NCBI GenBank assembly: GCA_036278915.1
Contig: DASUKB010000001.1
Location: 7,259-71,258 of the forward strand
Direction of reading: 5' to 3'
DNA length: 64,000 nucleotides
Source: Patescibacteria group bacterium
GTDB taxonomy: Bacteria > Patescibacteriota > Doudnabacteria > UBA920 > O2-02-FULL-48-8
Positions 1 to 6,500 of the stretch are shown here, piece by piece. Under the pieces are notes generated by a model. The model was not told where the DNA came from. It did no database searches and saw only the letters and a program-made list of their open reading frames with translations. Each line of letters begins with the position of its first letter. Position 1 is the stretch's first letter. The position numbers and the translations under genes were made by a program.

Positions 1-2
1 AC

Positions 3-587
3 GAGTTGTTTTATGCGGGCGGGTTTACCGGAATTCCCGGCGCGGAAGTAGTGCTGTTTTTGCAGAATAAACAAACCGGAGAAACACAGCAATTTAGTAC
101 CACATCCGATGACCAGGGTGAATGGTTCTACCGGCATGACACATTTTTGTCCCCCGGTGATTATATGCTCTGGGGGCAGACGAAATCGGGGGACAATGAA
201 AGCCCGCCGTCGGCTCAGATTGAAATGACCGTAGAAAAAGGCGCGTTCCAGTTTGGCTCGAGCCGAATCAGCTTGCCTGTGCTGTATCTGATTATGATTA
301 TCACACTCCTGTTGATATTGGGGTTATTGTTGTCTTATATTTTTTATCATCTGCGCAGAATTCGGCAGAAACGAAAACTTATAGAAAAACAGGTTTTGGA
401 AATGGAAGCTTCTATCCGCCGCGGTTTTGCCGTGCTCAATCGCGATATCCAATCGGAACTTGCCGCGCATAGAGCCCGTAAACGCAACTCAATCCAAGAC
501 CAAGAAAAAGAACAACAGCTTCTGCGTGACCTGGAGCAGGTTGAGCAGCATCTGTCCAAAGAAATTTGGGAGCTTGAAGAATCCTAA
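3..587 (+). CDS. C-terminal fragment of a membrane-anchored surface protein, probably continuing upstream of the window; Ig-like/carboxypeptidase-regulatory-like beta segment, then one TM helix and a charged coiled-coil tail
   Basis: ORF open to the window edge; hydrophobic stretch LPVLYLIMIITLLLILGLLLSYIFY followed by an R/K/E/Q-rich helical tail. Confidence 0.45.
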   Translation, partial: ELFYAGGFTGIPGAEVVLFLQNKQTGETQQFSTTSDDQGEWFYRHDTFLSPGDYMLWGQTKSGDNESPPSAQIEMTVEKGAFQFGSSRISLPVLYLIMIITLLLILGLLLSYIFYHLRRIRQKRKLIEKQVLEMEASIRRGFAVLNRDIQSELAAHRARKRNSIQDQEKEQQLLRDLEQVEQHLSKEIWELEES

Positions 588-603
588 TTTGAGAATAAAA
601 AAG

Positions 604-634
604 GGCTGAACGGCACCGAAGGTGCGTTCAGCCA
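604..634. terminator. bidirectional rho-independent terminator hairpin between convergent genes
   Basis: GGCTGAACGGCACC-GAA-GGTGCGTTCAGCC perfect stem flanked by A-run on + strand. Confidence 0.7.
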
Positions 635-640
635 CAAAGG

Positions 641-943
641 CTATTCAGCCGTCAGCTCATGGATTTTTTCCACAAATTGCTGCAAGCTCGGTTTGGGGAG
701 ATCGTGGCCGTACACAAGAACTTTTTTGTCATGGAGCTGGTTGACGAACTTCACGACGTTAGCCTGCTTGAACGGCCCGCAAACGATGCAATCGTAATCG
801 TTGTCGCGGGTTTCTGCCTGGGCCAGTTTGAGGCTGTCGGCCTGATGCACGATGTGCGATTCATGTTTGAGGTAAAGGATCGCCGATTGCCAGAACGACA
901 AATCATCGCTCGTGAACAAAATCTTCATCCTACGGAATGCCAT
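641..943 (-). CDS. small CheY-like receiver-domain-like protein, probably a degenerate pseudo-receiver
   Basis: N-terminus MKILFTSDD resembles a receiver-domain start; about 100 aa alpha/beta pattern; canonical phospho-acceptor context is unclear. Confidence 0.45.
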   Translation of the reverse strand: MAFRRMKILFTSDDLSFWQSAILYLKHESHIVHQADSLKLAQAETRDNDYDCIVCGPFKQANVVKFVNQLHDKKVLVYGHDLPKPSLQQFVEKIHELTAE

Positions 944-1095
944 TAGCCCTCCTTTGCGCCTGACAGTATATGTTACCGATTTTTGACGGAATTGTCAAAC
1001 CTTTCGCATTAGAACTTTTGACAATTGAGTAAGTCATTGCCTGAATTATAATAAAATCTCCTCAAGGAGGAGATTTTTTATGTTGCCAAAAATTT

Positions 1096-1785
1096 ATGGA
1101 CATACATACTCCCAAACAATTAGTACTCATACGCCACGGGCAGTCGCTGCTGCAGGAAGCGCGGCCCGGCCGCTATTTTGAAACGCAAGAATCCAAACAG
1201 AAAATTAAGGGCTTGCCCGACCATCGTATTGAGTTGTCGCGCGAAGGCTTGCGCCAGGCCTTGTCCGCGGGCAAAAAATTACCGGAATTGTTTGGCGAGT
1301 TTGACGCAATTTACCATTCCGGATTTATGCGCGCCAAACAAACGGCGCAGGCGCTTATGGCAAGTACGGGTTCGGACAGCAGGCTTTTGGAAAATATTTT
1401 GCTCAATGAGCGCGATACCGGCTACACGCATGGCCTAACCGCGGCTGAAGTTGAAATACACTTTCCCTATTTGTCGAGCTACCATGAATCTGTTGGAGAG
1501 TTTTATTTCCGATTCCCAGGCGGGGAAAGCTTTGCCGATGTCTGCGAACGCGCGCGCGTCTGGCTCACACAAATTGCCGTAGCCTATGCCGGCAAAAATG
1601 TCTGCGCCGTTACGCATTGGGGGATGATCGTAGCCATCCGCTACAACCTAGAAAGCTGGGATGAGGACAAGTTTATGCGCCGCGTGGGGACAGAAGAGAT
1701 AGGCAACTGCTCGGCTACTTTATTTACCTATGACGCGGATTATTATAAGCTTGTCTACCGCAATACAGAGGTACTGGCTCAATAA
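1096..1785 (+). CDS. histidine phosphatase superfamily protein (phosphoglycerate-mutase-like)
   Basis: LIRHGQS (RHG catalytic motif) near the N-terminus, second His in VTHWGMI, length 229 aa. Confidence 0.8.
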   Translation: MDIHTPKQLVLIRHGQSLLQEARPGRYFETQESKQKIKGLPDHRIELSREGLRQALSAGKKLPELFGEFDAIYHSGFMRAKQTAQALMASTGSDSRLLENILLNERDTGYTHGLTAAEVEIHFPYLSSYHESVGEFYFRFPGGESFADVCERARVWLTQIAVAYAGKNVCAVTHWGMIVAIRYNLESWDEDKFMRRVGTEEIGNCSATLFTYDADYYKLVYRNTEVLAQ

Positions 1786-1822
1786 TGCTGACATTCTCCA
1801 CATTTTATGCCCAAATAAAGTG

Positions 1823-1851
1823 TTGACAGAGCCATAAAAATCCTCTATTAT
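1823..1851 (+). promoter_or_regulatory. sigma-70-type promoter for the 16S rRNA gene
   Basis: TTGACA, 17 nt spacer, TATTAT about 500 nt upstream of the mature 16S 5' end. Confidence 0.6.
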
Positions 1852-2355
1852 ATGTACAGTCATTAAAAACCAAATTAAGGAGCAACTAAAAACACTCGGT
1901 TTTTGAGCAAATTTCTTTGATCCCTGTTGTTGTATGGGATATCGAGGAACACGAAAGGCTCGTGTTTTTTACTTGCTAAAGTGGTTTTGTGAAGTACCTT
2001 AACAATTGCATACCCAAGAATTATCAATTAGATAATCAGTCTCGCAAAGTGCGGGATCGACAACCAATTGCAGATAATTTATTGGGAATAAGACGCCGAA
2101 CCTTTTGCCGTCAAGCTAAAGGGGAGGCAAAGACGTCAATTACTTTGATTCTAGATTCCCGTTTACGGGAACAAAGGTTTGCAATTTGACCTTTTAAAAA
2201 AATAAATTGCGCCAGTTTAATCTGATTTCAGATTACACTCACAAAATTATGACCTCACTCTTTTATTAAAGGGAAAGAGGTTAGCAAATACGGCTCTGCC
2301 GGATTTGCGATGTAGGAGAAAACCGCTAGGTTGTCTCCTACACATAATTCATTGA

Positions 2356-2399
<44 letters not shown>

Positions 2400-2516
2400 G
2401 ACATGCAAGTCGAGTGGGTTTAGACCCACGGCGAACGGGTGAGTAATACCTGGGAACTTTCTTCTAGTTGAGGATATCCTCCCGAAAGGGAGAGCAATAC
2501 TCGATGTGCCCAGCCC

Positions 2517-2805
2517 TTTTCTTAGTTGTATAATGTTAATTATGTATTATGTATATATAATCAAACATGATCCTTCCGGAGATATCTATATTGGATTCTC
2601 GGACAATGTTGATGCGAGATTGACTGCTCATAACAATGGGCAAAATACCTCAACACGAAGATTGTCTGGCCAATGGATACTAACATACACAGAAGCTTAT
2701 CGTTCAGAGCAAGATGCTCGTGAAAGAGAACGAAAGCTGAAACAGTACGGAAGCGCCAAACAGAGATTACTAAAAAGGATCTCAAGAAGTTTTGGAAACT
2801 GAGAA
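2517..2805 (+). other. intervening sequence (IVS) in the 16S gene, closed by a 12-bp stem
   Basis: CCCAGCCCTTTT at 2508-2519 pairs with AAAAGGGCTGGG at 2806-2817; the AT-rich interior interrupts otherwise conserved 16S sequence. Confidence 0.75.
2533..2802 (+). CDS. small GIY-YIG nuclease-superfamily protein (YhbQ/UPF0213-like) encoded inside the 16S IVS
   Basis: YVYIIKHDPSGDIYIGFSDNVDARLTAHNNG followed by an E/R/K-rich helix matches the GIY-YIG core; start codon uncertain (GTG 2506, ATG 2533 or ATG 2542). Confidence 0.7.
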   Translation: MLIMYYVYIIKHDPSGDIYIGFSDNVDARLTAHNNGQNTSTRRLSGQWILTYTEAYRSEQDARERERKLKQYGSAKQRLLKRISRSFGN

Positions 2806-2935
2806 AAGGGCTGGGTAAAGCAGCAATGCGCTAGATGTGAGGCCCGGGCCCCATCAGCTAGTTGGTAGGGTAACGGCCTACCAAGGCTATGACGGGTAGC
2901 GGAAGCGAGAGCTTGATCCGCCACACTGGGACTGC

Positions 2936-2968
<33 letters not shown>

Positions 2969-3463
2969 TTGGAATTTTGGACAATGGGCGAAAGCCTGAT
3001 CCAGCGACGCCGCGTGCACGAAGAAGGCCTTCGGGTTGTAAAGTGCTTTTGCTTGGGAAAAATTTTTGATTGTACCAAGAGAATAAGAGGTTGCTAACTC
3101 TGTGCCAGCAGCAGCGGTAATACAGAGACCTCAAGCGTTATCCGGAATCATTGGGCGTAAAGCGTACCGATAGGTGGTTTTGCAAGTTTTGGGTAAAAGC
3201 CAGAAGCTCAACTTCTGCGTTTGCTCAAAATACTGCAATACTAGAGGGACAAAGAGGTTGCTGGAACGAACGGTGTAGTAGTGAAATGCGTTGATATCGT
3301 TCGGAACACCGAAAGCGAAGGCAGGCAACTGGGTGTCACCTGACACTGCTAGGACGAAAGCGTGGGGAGCGAATGGGATTAGATACCCCAGTAGTCCACG
3401 CTGTAAACGATGAGTGCTAGGAATGCGCGAGTATCGACCCTCGTGCGATCCGTAGCTAACGCG

Positions 3464-3560
<97 letters not shown>

Positions 3561-3970
3561 GTAAGCGAGGAACCTTACCAAGGCTTGACATTCTTCTGCA
3601 AGCGCACGGAAACGTGTGACCTTCGAGGGTGAAGAACAGGTGCTGCACGGTTGTCGTCAGCTCGTGTCGTGAGATGTTCCCTTAAGTGGGAGAACGAGCG
3701 CAACCCCCATGTTATGTTGATTTTCATAACAGACTGCCGGCGTTTAAGCTGGAGGAAGGCGGGGATGACGTCAAATCAGCGTGGCTCTTACGCCTTGGGC
3801 GACACACGTGCTACAATGGATAGGAACAATGGGACGCAACACCGTAAGGTAGAGCAAATCCTCTCAAAAACTATCCTCAGTTCAGATTGAGGGCTGCAAC
3901 TCGCCCTCATGAAGCTGGAATCGCTAGTAACCGCAAATCAGCCTCGTTGCGGTGAATACGTTCTCGGGTT

Positions 3971-4001
<31 letters not shown>

Positions 4002-4341
4002 GGTAAGTACCCAATATTTGCGCAAGCGAACGAAGGTAAGTATCATGACTGGGGTGAAGTCGTAACAAGGCATCGGTAGCGGAAGCTGTCGATGGATCAC
4101 CTCCTTTCTAAGGAGAATTCTGCAGAAACAGGAATCATTTCGATGAATCCTGCGGAGCAGTAATGATGGTCGATTCAGAATTGAAGCTCGCAAGAGCAGA
4201 TATTCTGAACACATCAAGACTCTGACGTTTATGTGGTTTTCGAAAGAGAATCGCAATCTTATTCCCAATAAATTGTCTGGAACCTGAAGGGTTTCTTATG
4301 ATGGAAAGCCTGGTGGCCTCACGGTCACAGGCTTTTTAAAT

Positions 4342-4364
4342 TGGTACGTACCACGTACGTACCA
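4342..4364. promoter_or_regulatory. dyad operator-like site TG-GTACGTAC-CAC-GTACGTAC-CA just after a -10-like TTAAAT
   Basis: two copies of the self-complementary octamer GTACGTAC spaced by 3 nt; the same architecture recurs at 49540-49562. Confidence 0.5.
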
Positions 4365-4427
4365 TGCCATTTTGCCATTTGGGCTCGCGACCTCGACAAA
4401 GTCGAGCGCCGGAGTTATGCTTGGGTT

Positions 4428-4991
4428 ATGTGGACAGAAGTTCTAAAATTTGTGGGCAGTATTGTCGGAGGCAGTGCCGTTCTTATAACAGCATTCACTT
4501 ACCTTTCCAAAAGGCTTATTGATCATCAGTTCACTAAAGAGATTGAAAAATTTAAAAGTGATCTTGTTATTGCTGCGAATAGAGATTCTACTACTTATAA
4601 AGAACTACACGCAAGACGAGCTGATGTCATTCACCAGCTTTATAAGAAAATAACTCGAACATATCGAGCGTATGAATCTTTAATTAACCCAATGCAATTT
4701 TTTAGTGAATTAAGCCCAGACGAAAAGAAAAAAATTGCCTCTGATGCATATAAAGACCTATTCCAATATTTTGATGAGAGACGCATATATTTTAAAGAGG
4801 AAATCGAGAATAAAATAGACCGTTTTACATCAGACATAATAAATATTAATAATGAATTTATTATGAAAGATTTCGTGTCCGTAACAAAAATTGAAAAATG
4901 GAATAAAGTCTGGATCAGATTAAAAGAAGAGACCCCAAAGATACAAAAAGAAATTAAAGACGAATTCAGATTAATCATGGGCATTAATTAA
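4428..4991 (+). CDS. hypothetical lysine-rich protein with one N-terminal TM helix and a helical cytoplasmic domain; low-GC (about 30%) gene
   Basis: ORF 4341-4991; probable start at MWTEVLKFVGSIVGGSAVLITAF; composition deviates strongly from the neighbours. Confidence 0.5.
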   Translation: MWTEVLKFVGSIVGGSAVLITAFTYLSKRLIDHQFTKEIEKFKSDLVIAANRDSTTYKELHARRADVIHQLYKKITRTYRAYESLINPMQFFSELSPDEKKKIASDAYKDLFQYFDERRIYFKEEIENKIDRFTSDIININNEFIMKDFVSVTKIEKWNKVWIRLKEETPKIQKEIKDEFRLIMGIN

Positions 4992-5036
4992 TTGCACTTT
5001 TATTGCTCGCGGTATCGGTGGGGTCTGATATCTAGT

Positions 5037-5064
5037 TTGCGTATACGCATGCGTATACGCAAAT
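5037..5064. repeat. 28-bp perfect palindrome TTTGCGTATACGCATGCGTATACGCAAA (two tandem GCGTATACGC palindromes)
   Basis: read directly; lies between the low-GC gene and the convergent small gene, with no U-tract on the + strand. Confidence 0.6.
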
Positions 5065-5096
5065 AAAAAATCGGCGGCTCTATGGAGAGTCGCCGG
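5064..5096 (-). terminator. rho-independent terminator for the minus-strand small gene
   Basis: hairpin CGGCGACTCTCCATAGAGCCGCCG followed by T-run on the minus strand. Confidence 0.65.
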
Positions 5097-5283
5097 TTTC
5101 GGTCCAAACAGTGTTATCGTGGGCTTCGAGAAGAAAAAACAATCCATCCTCAAAGCCGAGGGTCAGAATCTCCGCAGCTCTTCTGGCTTTCGCTTCCGCA
5201 AGTCCACTGCTGCACTTATGTTTGCGGGCAAGTTCTGCCACCAGTTCATCGGTTGGCAATCCGTCGAAGTCCTGACTATCCAT
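5080..5283 (-). CDS. small hypothetical protein (about 67 aa)
   Basis: internal ATG preceded by a strong SD (CAGGAGGAATCATG); terminator downstream. Confidence 0.5.
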   Translation of the reverse strand: MDSQDFDGLPTDELVAELARKHKCSSGLAEAKARRAAEILTLGFEDGLFFLLEAHDNTVWTETGDSP

Positions 5284-5455
5284 GATTCCTCCTGATAGCA
5301 AGCTATCATTTAAATTTAAACAAATCAAGAGCCTGGGTTAGGCTCTTTTTTTGTCCCGACTACGCTAAAGCTTCGTCGGGCAGGCTTGACTTTTGCCGGA
5401 AAATGAACTAAAGTAATCTGTCACCTTGTGCGATGGCTTTTTTGTAGGAGGAGTT

Positions 5456-5746
5456 ATGGAGGTTGTTCTATTCTTGGATACAGAGTACATCAAGGTCAAT
5501 CCTATAAGTCTAGGCCTTGAGCTTCCAGCGTTTCCGGACAAGTTTGTTTACATCCTTCCCAACTTAGATCAGGTTGGTCTTGAGGTGGAGACTATCGAGT
5601 TCTATCCTCAGAAGAATTTGTACGTTGTCGACCTGCGCCTGGGGGTTGGATTCCAAAATCTTGCATCGGAAGAGATGGTCTTCGATTATCTCCAAAAGTC
5701 AGGGTGGAAGAACTGGGAAGACATCGATCCTTCCGAGGAGGAGTGA
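5456..5746 (+). CDS. small acidic hypothetical protein (gene 1 of a 3-gene mini-operon)
   Basis: strong SD GTAGGAGGAGTTATG; stop 2 nt before the next start. Confidence 0.55.
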   Translation: MEVVLFLDTEYIKVNPISLGLELPAFPDKFVYILPNLDQVGLEVETIEFYPQKNLYVVDLRLGVGFQNLASEEMVFDYLQKSGWKNWEDIDPSEEE

Positions 5747-5748
5747 GG

Positions 5749-6075
5749 ATGACGAGGATCAAGTTGACCGCAGCCCAACTCAGCAATTTAGACGCTGGGA
5801 TTCTGAAGAAGTTTTTTGAAGCGTCAATGGAAGCTGTGCTAAGTGAACGCATGGCTGGTACCCACCAACGTGAAGGGCTCGAACTCAATTTTGAGGAGGC
5901 TGAGACTGCCTTGCGACGCCTGCAAGAAAGAAGGAAGCGCGCCGTGACGATTCAGCATCTGGTTAATGCTTTGCCCCGGAACGCTTGGGCCAAGGATTTG
6001 GCAGAGATTGCAAAAAAACACACGAGGCAGAAAAACAGGCCTTTCGAAATGCGTCTAGTCGAAAATGGCAAGTGA
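5749..6075 (+). CDS. small basic helical hypothetical protein (gene 2 of the mini-operon)
   Basis: SD GAGGAGGAGTGAGGATG; translationally coupled to gene 1. Confidence 0.55.
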   Translation: MTRIKLTAAQLSNLDAGILKKFFEASMEAVLSERMAGTHQREGLELNFEEAETALRRLQERRKRAVTIQHLVNALPRNAWAKDLAEIAKKHTRQKNRPFEMRLVENGK

Positions 6076-6086
6076 GGAGGAGTGAG

Positions 6087-6344
6087 ATGGTATTAGCTAA
6101 GATTTTCCGGCATGGACTAGGCGGTGAGCGAATCCTGGATAGTACATACTTCGTGGCTTGCGAAGATCCTAATGAAGTGAAAGGGATCATGAGGAAGTCA
6201 GGGTGCGATCCAGACCGTGGGTGGCGCACCGGCTATCACTATAGCGCAGAGGTCTCGATGCATCAGCCTATAACTCTCAAGAGTTTCCAGAATATCTTTC
6301 AAGAGCAATCGCCTAAGAAGAAAGTTGTTGGAAAGCGAAAATAA
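6087..6344 (+). CDS. small hypothetical protein (gene 3 of the mini-operon)
   Basis: SD GTGAGGAGGAGTGAGATG; followed by a tandem terminator. Confidence 0.5.
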   Translation: MVLAKIFRHGLGGERILDSTYFVACEDPNEVKGIMRKSGCDPDRGWRTGYHYSAEVSMHQPITLKSFQNIFQEQSPKKKVVGKRK

Positions 6345-6385
6345 TTAGAGTGTTCGCGTTGGACGTTCAAATGTTCCGCGAACAC

Positions 6386-6440
6386 CCGCCCGTACCGAAT
6401 AGTTATCGCTTAATTGCGGTACATTCGGGCGGGTTTTTTC
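6386..6440 (+). terminator. rho-independent terminator (second of two hairpins after the mini-operon)
   Basis: CCCGCCCGTACCGAAT...ATTCGGGCGGG followed by TTTTTTC; preceded by hairpin GTGTTCGCG...CGCGAACAC at 6351-6386. Confidence 0.75.
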
Positions 6441-6500
6441 TTGAAAAAATTTAATTAATATGTTATAGTAGGCTAGTAAAATCAATCATTCAGAAATAAA

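Noticed and set aside
1989-2189. 66-aa ORF in the 16S leader
   Set aside because: It lies between the rRNA promoter and the mature 16S 5' end, with no RBS and no protein-like features.
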